The translations under genes and the position numbers were made by a program. DNA of 64,000 nucleotides, from the NCBI GenBank assembly GCA_017556705.1, contig JAFYMG010000004.1:12946-76945 (forward strand). Direction: 5' to 3'. Source of the DNA: Paludibacteraceae bacterium (GTDB taxonomy: Bacteria; Bacteroidota; Bacteroidia; Bacteroidales; Paludibacteraceae). Below, in pieces: positions 45,189 to 53,573 of the stretch. The notes under the pieces were generated by a model. That model saw only the letters and a list, made by a program, of their open reading frames with translations, was not told the origin of the DNA and did no database searches. Each line of letters starts with the position of its first letter. Within the stretch, counting starts at the first letter, position 1.

Positions 45189-46010
45189 TTACAATTTTAT
45201 AACAAAAAGAGCCTTTGCGTTAGCAGTTGTGACCTCATCTACATGCTCTGGTGTGCAGTTGTATATCTCTGCAAGACGCTCTACTACATACCACATCCAA
45301 CGGCTTTCGTTGCGCTTGCCTCGGTAAGGCACAGGAGCCATATAAGGGGCATCGGTTTCCAATATCAACCGCTCTAGTGGAATCCCCACAAGATGCTCTG
45401 CCAGCTTGCAATTTTTAAAAGTTAAGACACCGCCAATGCCTAAATAATACCCCATGTCTATCACCTGCTTGGCCACCTCATGGCTGCCGCTAAAACAGTG
45501 CATTACGCCTTTTACGTTCGGGAACTCGCGCAAGATATTCAGTATGTCTTCTGTTGCATCACGGCTATGAATCATTACGGGCAAATCGTATTGTTCTGCC
45601 CAACGCATCTGTTCGCGCAATGCCTTGTGTTGCTGCTCCTTGAAGGTGGTATCCCAATGGTAGTCAAGGCCTATTTCGCCTATAGCGATGAGGCCTTTGT
45701 AGGGTATAGGACGCTCCGCTATTGGATATGGGACGCCCTTTGGGCTATTGGACATACGCTCGTCCACTGCGGCCTTGATAGTAGCCAATTGCTCGCGCCA
45801 GTCCTCTTTGACATTCTCAGGGTGCAAACCTAAAGCGGGATACAAATATCTTGGATACTTAGCACACACATCTAGCACATCCTGCGTGGTGGCTGCTTCA
45901 ACACCAGGTACCAAGATAGCTTCTACACCACCTTCTTGTTGTGCTGCAAGAAAAGCATCTAAATCCTCCGCATATTGCGGATCATCCATATGACAATGAG
46001 TGTCGATCAT
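45189..46010 (-). CDS. tatD: TatD family metal-dependent hydrolase
   Basis: MIDTHCHMD start, plus HSRDA and ETDAPY motifs. Confidence 0.9.
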   Translation of the reverse strand: MIDTHCHMDDPQYAEDLDAFLAAQQEGGVEAILVPGVEAATTQDVLDVCAKYPRYLYPALGLHPENVKEDWREQLATIKAAVDERMSNSPKGVPYPIAERPIPYKGLIAIGEIGLDYHWDTTFKEQQHKALREQMRWAEQYDLPVMIHSRDATEDILNILREFPNVKGVMHCFSGSHEVAKQVIDMGYYLGIGGVLTFKNCKLAEHLVGIPLERLILETDAPYMAPVPYRGKRNESRWMWYVVERLAEIYNCTPEHVDEVTTANAKALFVIKL

Positions 46011-46054
46011 TTTAGTTTAGAGTTTAAAGTTTAGAGGCGGGGTTCCTGCGGAAC
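46011..46054. repeat. GTTTAGAG/GTTTAAAG octamer run plus GTTCC-TGC-GGAAC hairpin
   Basis: tttagtttagagtttaaagtttagagg cggg gttcctgcggaac. Overlaps the queA stop and its last codons. Confidence 0.7.
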
Positions 46055-47310
46055 AATATACTACTATCGCCGTAGCTGAGGAAGCGGAAATCGTGGCTGA
46101 GGGCATAATCGTAAATCGTATGCCAGTCGCCACCAACGAATGCGCTTACTAGCAAAAGTAAGGTGGATTTGGGTTGGTGGAAGTTTGTAATCAGTTGATT
46201 TACGACGCGGAATATATATCCAGGTTTGATCATTATCTGTGTCTCTGCGTGCAGCACGTCTTGTCTTGTCGCCTCCAAATAATCCACTATGGCCTGCAAG
46301 GCATCGTGCGTGGTGAGTGTATGCTCGTGATTGTATGGTTCGAATTGAGAAACGGATAGCGTAGGGTGTAGGGGGTAGGGTGTAGAGTGTAGGGTGTGGA
46401 GTTGTTCGCCAAGGAAATAGAGACTCTCTAATGTTCGCATGCTGGTTGTTCCCACTGCTACGATATGCCCAAGATTATTGATAATTGTTTGGATAGTGGT
46501 CTTTGGCACAGCGATAATCTCTGTGTGCATCGTATGTTGGTTGGCATCTGCTACTTTCACGGGTTGGAAAGTGCCGGCACCTACGTGTAGCGTTACTTCA
46601 GCCGTTTGTATTCCTCGTTCGCGCAATCCATTCAGCAGATTATCCGTAAAGTGCAAACCGGCCGTTGGCGCAGCCACCGAACCTTTGATACGCGAGTAAA
46701 CCGTTTGGTACGTTGTCTTGTCGCTCTCTTCTGTCTTGCGATTCAGATAGGGTGGGATGGGCAACTCGCCCACAGCATCAAGAATCTCAGCAAAGCTGAT
46801 GTTTAGTGGATAGTTGACAGTTGACAGTTGACAGTTGAGAGACCACGAGAAATGCACTGCGAAGGTGTTGCCTGTTTGTTCGCCTTTCTCTGCTGATAGC
46901 ACTACTTCTTCTCCCGAAGGTAATACTACTGGTAACGCCAAAGCGCCTGATTTCCACTTCCTTGCATTACCAATCATGCACTTCCATGTGCAACCGTCTG
47001 TCGCGCCTAAAGATAATTGATAATCATGTGGGTCAAGGGGTTCGAGGCAAAATATCTCTATCCTAGCCCCTTGCTGACCATCTTCAGACTGCTTTCTAAA
47101 CTCCAACCTCGCTTGTATCACACGCGTATTATTATATATAAGGAGTGAGTTGGCGGGCAGATATTCTCCCACATGACAAAATCTATCTTCGCTCACTTTC
47201 CCTTCGCGATATACGAGCAGTTTGCTTTGATCACGTTCTGCCAAAGGATATTTGGCAATGCGCTCGTCGGGCAAAGGATAGTTGTATTCTTCTATAAGGA
47301 TTTCTTCCAT
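46024..47310 (-). CDS. queA: S-adenosylmethionine:tRNA ribosyltransferase-isomerase (with in-frame repeat insertions)
   Basis: YNYPLPDERIAKYPL start, plus PIPPYLNR, TAGLHFT, VGAGTF, VGTTSMRTLES and FRFLSYGDS motifs. Start set at ATG 47310; the longer ORF to 47442 runs into the upstream gene. Confidence 0.88.
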   Translation of the reverse strand: MEEILIEEYNYPLPDERIAKYPLAERDQSKLLVYREGKVSEDRFCHVGEYLPANSLLIYNNTRVIQARLEFRKQSEDGQQGARIEIFCLEPLDPHDYQLSLGATDGCTWKCMIGNARKWKSGALALPVVLPSGEEVVLSAEKGEQTGNTFAVHFSWSLNCQLSTVNYPLNISFAEILDAVGELPIPPYLNRKTEESDKTTYQTVYSRIKGSVAAPTAGLHFTDNLLNGLRERGIQTAEVTLHVGAGTFQPVKVADANQHTMHTEIIAVPKTTIQTIINNLGHIVAVGTTSMRTLESLYFLGEQLHTLHSTPYPLHPTLSVSQFEPYNHEHTLTTHDALQAIVDYLEATRQDVLHAETQIMIKPGYIFRVVNQLITNFHQPKSTLLLLVSAFVGGDWHTIYDYALSHDFRFLSYGDSSILFRRNPASKL

Positions 47311-48461
47311 GTCTTGCGGTCTCCTTTGAATAGCACATATTGGTTGAAAAGGCAATCTAAATCGCCATTTACCAAGTGAATCTTTTTTGCAGGACGCAGG
47401 CCAACGCACTTCAGCGCCCCTTCGTTGCTGGAGATGATCCATGCCGTTGCGCCACTAAACTGATGCTTCAATGCTGTGCCGATATCTTGGTATAAACGGA
47501 GTACATTCTTGTCCTGCGACAAACGTTCGCCGTAAGGGGGATTCATCATCACGAATGCTCCTTCGGTGTTCTTCTCTGCAAGGCGCAATTCCTCAATACG
47601 GATTTGCTTGATCTCTATATCTCGTTGCAGATTAGCCGATTGTACATTCTTTGTCGCGGCCTGCATGGCATAAAAACCGGCATCTGAACCATATATCTTG
47701 TGGTTGAAATCACGCTCACGACTATCGTCGCTATAGATATCCTCAAACAAATCCGCATCGAAGTTTGCCCATTTTTCGAATGCAAATCCTTTGCGGTAGA
47801 TGCCTGGTGCGATATTGCGTGCGATCAATGCTGCCTCTATTAGCAATGTGCCCGAGCCGCACATGGGGTCGTAGAAGTCGCTTTGCCCTTTCCATCCAGC
47901 CAATAGCAGCATGCCAGCTGCCAATGCCTCGTTGATAGGAGCTTGGGTGTTGGCTACACGATAGCCGCGTTTGTGCAAACTCTCGCCCGAACTATCCAAC
48001 GACACTGTTACCATATCACCACCGATATGCACGTTCAAATAGATATCTGGATGGGTGAGCTGCACACTTGGACGCACACCTCCATGCTCCATCCACCAAT
48101 CCACTATCGCATCTTTTACGCGATAGGTCACAAATTGTGAATGTCGAAAGAAGTCGGAATATACAGTGGAATCGATTAAAAACGTCGTTTGGGCAGTCAT
48201 GTACTGCGCCCAATCGATTTGCTTCACATGATTATAGATGTCATCGGTTGTTTTCGCTTTGAATGTAGCAATAGGAACCAATATGCGAGAAGCGGTGCGC
48301 AAACAGAAGTTTGCTGTGTACAGCATACGTTTATCACCGGTAAACGATACTGCTCGTCGTTCTATTTGTATATTGTTGGCACCAAGTTCAACCAATTCCC
48401 CTGCTAAAACTTCCTCCAGTCCCTTGAAGGTTTTGGCCAACATTTGAAATTCTTTGTTCAT
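47292..48461 (-). CDS. THUMP domain class I SAM-dependent RNA methyltransferase (RlmL/UPF0020-like)
   Basis: N-terminal ferredoxin-like/THUMP region, DPMCGSGT motif I and NPPYGERL motif IV. Confidence 0.85.
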   Translation of the reverse strand: MNKEFQMLAKTFKGLEEVLAGELVELGANNIQIERRAVSFTGDKRMLYTANFCLRTASRILVPIATFKAKTTDDIYNHVKQIDWAQYMTAQTTFLIDSTVYSDFFRHSQFVTYRVKDAIVDWWMEHGGVRPSVQLTHPDIYLNVHIGGDMVTVSLDSSGESLHKRGYRVANTQAPINEALAAGMLLLAGWKGQSDFYDPMCGSGTLLIEAALIARNIAPGIYRKGFAFEKWANFDADLFEDIYSDDSRERDFNHKIYGSDAGFYAMQAATKNVQSANLQRDIEIKQIRIEELRLAEKNTEGAFVMMNPPYGERLSQDKNVLRLYQDIGTALKHQFSGATAWIISSNEGALKCVGLRPAKKIHLVNGDLDCLFNQYVLFKGDRKTWKKSL

Positions 48462-48464
48462 GTC

Positions 48465-51074
48465 TTAAAACAAACTCAATTGTTCGTCTACAGGCTTGCT
48501 ATCTTCTGGCACTTCGTTTGTGATGGTAAATGGCACATCTACGACCATCTCTTCGCCTCTCACCTCTTCTCCTTCTTCGTTTTCTTCTTCCACTGGCTCT
48601 GGTTCGGGTTCCGGCTCGGGAGTGATATCCTCTATCTGTGCCACCTCCAATGTAGAGAAGCGTTTGCCTTTAGCCTTTGGCGACTTCACGTCGATAAACT
48701 CAGACATCAGCACCTCTAGTGCGGGCTTTGTCTCGTCCGTAAACGTAATACGAATTTGCGCCTCTTCGTGATCAGATAGTACCATGATCTTGCTATTGGT
48801 GTTCTCGCCTAGCATGTTTTGCAACTTCGCCTGAGCATCCAATTGGAAACGCTTGCCATAATAATATCCTAGATCTGCATTCCACATGGCCAGCGACCAC
48901 ACCTTCTCGCTATCAAACTTCTCGATACGCCAGATGTTTTGGTCAAAGTGCGCTGTCAACTCAAAGGTAGTCAAGTAGTAGCCACCTGTATTGGTGATCA
49001 CTAGTATACGATCATCTTCCACGAACTCACCCAAATACATACCTTGCCCATCGTAGTTCAAGCGCAGTACATCAGGATCAAACCATACCTTACGACCGCC
49101 CAAGGTAGAGTGACCTTTCTGCTTCAAAGTGATTGACTTAACCTCATATTTTGTCAGCACATTGCCACGTGCAGTACGACTCTTGATAGCCAATTCACTC
49201 AGGTCCTTAATCACATCCAATTTCTTGATGTGCAATGCGGGCTTCAATTGTATCTTGATTATCTCCGCCTCGCCGTTTGGATTGGCGGTGAAGTACATCA
49301 CGCGCGAGCCTGCTTTACCTTGAGTTAGATCATATTCTTTGTCGCGAGCCACACCTGTGACAGCAAAACGTTTCATATAGTAAATGCCCTTTTTACCATC
49401 ACGGTAGATGGCATTGTATATCGTGCGATGATCGTTTTTGCGGAAGATATCAATATGAATGATGTCGCTTCCGACAAATACCTTATCAGCCACACGCACA
49501 ATCTTGTATTTACCGTCCTTGTGGAAAATGATCACTTCATCAATATCCGAGCAATTGAATAGGTATTCATCCTTCTTTAGCCCCGTTCCAATAAAGCCTT
49601 CAGCACGGTTGATGTACAATTTCTCATTGGCTTCCACTACGGTCTTGATGTTGATATTCGCAAAATTGCGTACCTCAGTACGACGTGGATACAAGTGTCC
49701 GTATTTTGTTTTTAACGATTCAAACCAAGTAATCGTATAATCGTTTAGATTCTTCAGATTCTTTATCGTTGCTTTGATCTTCTTGTCCAGATCGCGCATC
49801 AGTTCATCTGCCTTCTTTGAGTCAAAGCGTGTGATACGAATCATGCGAATCTCAAACAATCGTTCTATGTCCTCGCGGCGAACTTCACGGATCAGTTTCT
49901 CTTTCCATGGCTCCAATGCTTTGTCTACAAAAGCAATCAACTTCTCCTTGTCAGGAGCATCTTCGTAACCTTTTTCCTTGTAGATACGATTCTCGATGAA
50001 GATCTTTTCCAGCGATGTGAAGAAATATTGCTCCTCTAACTCTGCCTTAGCGATCTCCAACTCCCATTTCAGCAGTGCTTTGGTATGCTCCACAGACAAT
50101 CGCAACAGTTCGCTCACGGTTGTGAAGATAGGTTTTTTATCTTGCACCACACAGCAGTTGGGTGAAATATTCACTTCGCAATCAGTAAAGGCGTAGAGTG
50201 CATCAATTGTCTTGTCAGACGAACTACCAGGAGCCAACTGTACTTCAATACGAGCGTCTTCTGCGGTGAAATCATCCACCTTACGCACCTTGATCTTGCC
50301 CTTTTGGATGGCGCGCATGATGGTCTCGATAATCTTTGTTGTGGTAGTGCCGAAAGGTATCTCTGTGATAATCAATGTGCGATTGTCGTCCGACTTCTGA
50401 ATTTTCGCACGAATACGCACTGCACCACCTCTTTCGCCATCATTATAGCGACTCACATCAATCTCGCCGCCTGTTGAGAAGTCGGGGTATAGCTGAAACT
50501 CCTCGCCACGTAGATATGCCAATGCTGCATCGCAAATCTCGCAGAAGTTATGAGGCAAGATCTTTGAGTTTAATCCCACTGCAATACCTTCTACGCCTTG
50601 CGCCAATAGCAACGGGAACTTAATCGGCAAATGAATCGGCTCCTTCTTTCTGCCGTCATATGACATCATCCATTGCGTGGTCTTTGGATTAAATACCGTT
50701 TCCAGTGCAAACTTACTCAGTCGAGCCTCAATATAACGAGGAGCTGCAGCACCATCGCCAGTCAGCGTGTTACCCCAGTTTCCTTGGCAATCAATCAGCA
50801 AATCTTTTTGCCCCAATTGCACGAGCGCGTCACCAATACTCGCATCACCATGCGGATGATACTGCATCGTCTGACCTACAATATTGGCTACCTTGTTAAA
50901 CTTACCGTCATCCACACATTTCATTGCATGCAGGATACGACGTTGCACAGGCTTTAGGCCATCCTCTATTGCGGGGACGGCACGCTCCAAAATCACATAC
51001 GAAGCATAGTCCAAGAACCAGTCTTGGTACATGCCCGTCAAATGTTGTTTGATTGCGTCTGTATGTTCAGCCAT
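48465..51074 (-). CDS. parC: DNA topoisomerase IV subunit A (GyrA/ParC family)
   Basis: DGLKPVQRRIL, the AAPRYIEARL active-site Tyr region, beta-pinwheel repeats and an acidic EPEPEPEP tail. Confidence 0.9.
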   Translation of the reverse strand: MAEHTDAIKQHLTGMYQDWFLDYASYVILERAVPAIEDGLKPVQRRILHAMKCVDDGKFNKVANIVGQTMQYHPHGDASIGDALVQLGQKDLLIDCQGNWGNTLTGDGAAAPRYIEARLSKFALETVFNPKTTQWMMSYDGRKKEPIHLPIKFPLLLAQGVEGIAVGLNSKILPHNFCEICDAALAYLRGEEFQLYPDFSTGGEIDVSRYNDGERGGAVRIRAKIQKSDDNRTLIITEIPFGTTTTKIIETIMRAIQKGKIKVRKVDDFTAEDARIEVQLAPGSSSDKTIDALYAFTDCEVNISPNCCVVQDKKPIFTTVSELLRLSVEHTKALLKWELEIAKAELEEQYFFTSLEKIFIENRIYKEKGYEDAPDKEKLIAFVDKALEPWKEKLIREVRREDIERLFEIRMIRITRFDSKKADELMRDLDKKIKATIKNLKNLNDYTITWFESLKTKYGHLYPRRTEVRNFANINIKTVVEANEKLYINRAEGFIGTGLKKDEYLFNCSDIDEVIIFHKDGKYKIVRVADKVFVGSDIIHIDIFRKNDHRTIYNAIYRDGKKGIYYMKRFAVTGVARDKEYDLTQGKAGSRVMYFTANPNGEAEIIKIQLKPALHIKKLDVIKDLSELAIKSRTARGNVLTKYEVKSITLKQKGHSTLGGRKVWFDPDVLRLNYDGQGMYLGEFVEDDRILVITNTGGYYLTTFELTAHFDQNIWRIEKFDSEKVWSLAMWNADLGYYYGKRFQLDAQAKLQNMLGENTNSKIMVLSDHEEAQIRITFTDETKPALEVLMSEFIDVKSPKAKGKRFSTLEVAQIEDITPEPEPEPEPVEEENEEGEEVRGEEMVVDVPFTITNEVPEDSKPVDEQLSLF

Positions 51075-51108
51075 AAATCGCTTGACGGCAATTATCTATT
51101 TCGGATGA

Positions 51109-51279
51109 TTAAGATAATTTTTTGTTGGTAAAAACGTAAGTGAATACACCTACAACCTCCAAACCTAAACCTGCTGCCAATAAGAGGTTAGGTTGGGTAG
51201 TGCTGAAGAAATATACTGCTAAACAAGCAACACCTAACAATACCAAAATAGTACCTAAGAATTTCAAAAAAGTGCTCAT
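51109..51279 (-). CDS. Small 2-TM membrane protein (56 aa), first gene of the parC operon
   Basis: ATG 51279 to TAA 51109: MSTFLKFLGTILVLLGVACLAVYFFSTTQPNLLLAAGLGLEVVGVFTYVFTNKKLS. A -7 box lies 40 nt upstream. Below the ORF-track cutoff. Confidence 0.5.
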   Translation of the reverse strand: MSTFLKFLGTILVLLGVACLAVYFFSTTQPNLLLAAGLGLEVVGVFTYVFTNKKLS

Positions 51280-51318
51280 ATATTTTTGTTATTTTTTGTG
51301 ATTTTACAAAATTCGCTG

Positions 51319-51326
51319 CAAAGATA
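51319..51326 (-). promoter_or_regulatory. -7 promoter box TATCTTTG (small ORF/parC operon)
   Basis: TAnnTTTG match upstream of ATG 51279. Confidence 0.5.
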
Positions 51327-51424
51327 CTAAACTTTTCTCACATATGCAAGAGAAACCGAAAAAAGTTCACTTTTTCCTCTATTCTCGCTTTCGTCTATAC
51401 CCTCATGTCGCTCCGCGGCATCCT

Positions 51425-52498
51425 CTACACTTTTACCACTCTCCACATACCCCCTGGCATTGATTTTACTACATCCTCTAACTCAAGCATCACCAACTCC
51501 GATGAAACGCTGCTATATGCCAATTGTGTTTCCATCACCAATTGATTAATGTGCAACCCGTTTTCGGCCTCTTGTAGCAAATCCACCAATTGCTTTTGTA
51601 TAGGAGTAAATTCCACTAGCAAATCCACCAATGTAGTCTGCAATCCTTCTTTGGATGCATCCTCCCATTGCATGCTTTGGATTAAATCGTCTGCACACTC
51701 AATCAATTGTGCTTTATTGCTCTTTATCAAACTGTTACATCCTGCACTGCACACGTCATTCGCTCTTCCTGGTAATGCAAATACATCTCGCCCATAATCG
51801 ATAGCCATATTAGCAGTAATCAATGAACCACCTTTCACTTTCGATTCTACCACTACCACGGCATCTGCCATGCCTGCCACAATCCTATTGCGTGCTACAA
51901 AATTATGCCGTTCTGGCTCGGTACCACACGTATATTCCGTCAATATACCCCCATTCTTCACCGCCTCTACGGCCACTTGCCGATGCACCGAAGGGTATAT
52001 CCTATCCAAACCATGTGCTGGCACGATAATCGTCGGTACACCTGCCTCTATTGCTGCTCTATGTGCTACCACATCTATTCCATATGCCAGTCCACTCACT
52101 ATCGTCAAATCGGGCACCCGCTCTGCTAAATCCAATACCAACCATCTACACCAGTCTTTCCCCCGTTCGCTCGGCATTCGTGTACCCACCACACTCACCA
52201 CATGTTTCGGATTTACATTCATCTCTCCCTTTGTGTACAACACCAACGGCGCATCTACGCATTGCTGCAAGCGGTAGGGATAATTCAGATCCTTGTAGTA
52301 GTACAGCCCAATAGCATGTTTTTCAACGAACTCCATCTCTTTTTGAGCATGTGAGAGCGCCTCCTTACTTATCAACTCCGGATGACAATCTGCTGCTTCA
52401 CGCGCACTATCATACCTATCCAACGCCTGCCGCACACTGCGCAAACGGGTCCGATTACCCCAGGTTAATGCTATTCTATGTATCCATTCTTCGCGCAT
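51425..52498 (-). CDS. dprA: DNA-processing protein DprA
   Basis: Rossmann-like core VVGTR..S..G, SGLAYGIDVVAHRAA and GGSLITA motifs, plus a C-terminal winged-helix-like region. Confidence 0.9.
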   Translation of the reverse strand: MREEWIHRIALTWGNRTRLRSVRQALDRYDSAREAADCHPELISKEALSHAQKEMEFVEKHAIGLYYYKDLNYPYRLQQCVDAPLVLYTKGEMNVNPKHVVSVVGTRMPSERGKDWCRWLVLDLAERVPDLTIVSGLAYGIDVVAHRAAIEAGVPTIIVPAHGLDRIYPSVHRQVAVEAVKNGGILTEYTCGTEPERHNFVARNRIVAGMADAVVVVESKVKGGSLITANMAIDYGRDVFALPGRANDVCSAGCNSLIKSNKAQLIECADDLIQSMQWEDASKEGLQTTLVDLLVEFTPIQKQLVDLLQEAENGLHINQLVMETQLAYSSVSSELVMLELEDVVKSMPGGMWRVVKV

Positions 52499-52862
52499 TC
52501 CATTGTTGACTAATCCACCATACTATAGCACCTACCAACACCCCTATACCATCTGCCAACCAATCACTCCACTCGCCCGTACGGGGATAGAAAAATAACT
52601 CCTGCAACACTTCTATTAAACCGCCATACGCCACGGGAAATACTATGCCTAACGTCCACATCTGCCATAACTTCTGTCCAGCCTTCTTAGTATCCCACAA
52701 CATTACTAGGGTCAATACCATGAAGGCCAACCAATGCACCCACTTGTCGCCATCTTGTATGGGAGGCAATTGGTACAATGGCTTACGAAGCAAACAACCA
52801 TAGGCTATTATGCCTATTGCTAAAATACTTTTCCAATATATCAAAGCTTTTCGCCAAAGCAT
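52476..52862 (-). CDS. VanZ-like family membrane protein
   Basis: 128 aa with four TM helices and a DKWVHWLAF motif typical of VanZ-like proteins. Confidence 0.6.
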   Translation of the reverse strand: MLWRKALIYWKSILAIGIIAYGCLLRKPLYQLPPIQDGDKWVHWLAFMVLTLVMLWDTKKAGQKLWQMWTLGIVFPVAYGGLIEVLQELFFYPRTGEWSDWLADGIGVLVGAIVWWISQQWNARRMDT

Positions 52863-53503
52863 AGGTCGCCAGCGTCGCCCAATCCAGGAACAATATATTT
52901 CTTCTCGTTCAGCATTGGATCAATCACAGCGCACCATAAGGTCGCATCCTCTGGCATCGTTGCTTCAAGATGTGCTATCGCCTGTGGCGTAGCAAATATA
53001 CATGCCAAATGCACACTCTTAGGCGTTCCGTGGCTCAACAATGCCTTATAGCCAACCTCCATCGACAATCCTGTGGCCAACATCGGGTCAACCAATAGCA
53101 AGGTCTTTCCCTCCGTGCAAGGCGCTGCCAAGTATTCGGATACAATATCGATATGTGTCTCGCCACGTCGGCAGATGGTCTCTTTGCGATAAGCACTGAT
53201 AAACGCATTCTCGGCACTGTCAAACATGTTCAGGAAACCCTGATGCATGGGCAGTCCAGCACGCAATAGCGTACCTAGCACGATCTGGTCATGAGGTACG
53301 GCCACCTTGGCTATGGCTAAGGGCGTCTGCACGTCTTCTATTACATAACTCAACTGCTTGCTGATCTCCACAGCCATTATCTCGCCGATACGCTCGATAT
53401 TGCGACGAAAACGCATACTATCCTTCTGCGTATCCACGCTACGCAATTCTTTCAGATACTGATTCAGCAACGATGGTTGCTCCGATAGATTAATTACTTT
53501 CAT
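52841..53503 (-). CDS. upp: Uracil phosphoribosyltransferase
   Basis: RAGLPM, the PRPP loop LLLVDPMLATGLS and YIVPGLGDAGD. Start set at ATG 53503 (MKVINL). Confidence 0.9.
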   Translation of the reverse strand: MKVINLSEQPSLLNQYLKELRSVDTQKDSMRFRRNIERIGEIMAVEISKQLSYVIEDVQTPLAIAKVAVPHDQIVLGTLLRAGLPMHQGFLNMFDSAENAFISAYRKETICRRGETHIDIVSEYLAAPCTEGKTLLLVDPMLATGLSMEVGYKALLSHGTPKSVHLACIFATPQAIAHLEATMPEDATLWCAVIDPMLNEKKYIVPGLGDAGDLCFGEKL

Positions 53504-53573
53504 GGTCAATAATGAATAAATTTCTGCAAAGGTACTACAAATAATGCACAAATGCAAATTCTTAATCAAATTT

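Noticed and set aside
48560-48640. The EPEPEPEP/acidic low-complexity tail of ParC, and the Ala/Lys/Glu tail of S16 (2179-2400).
   Set aside because: These are low-complexity terminal extensions of otherwise canonical proteins. As far as I recall the S16 extension is a known Bacteroidetes trait. Neither suggests a separate feature.
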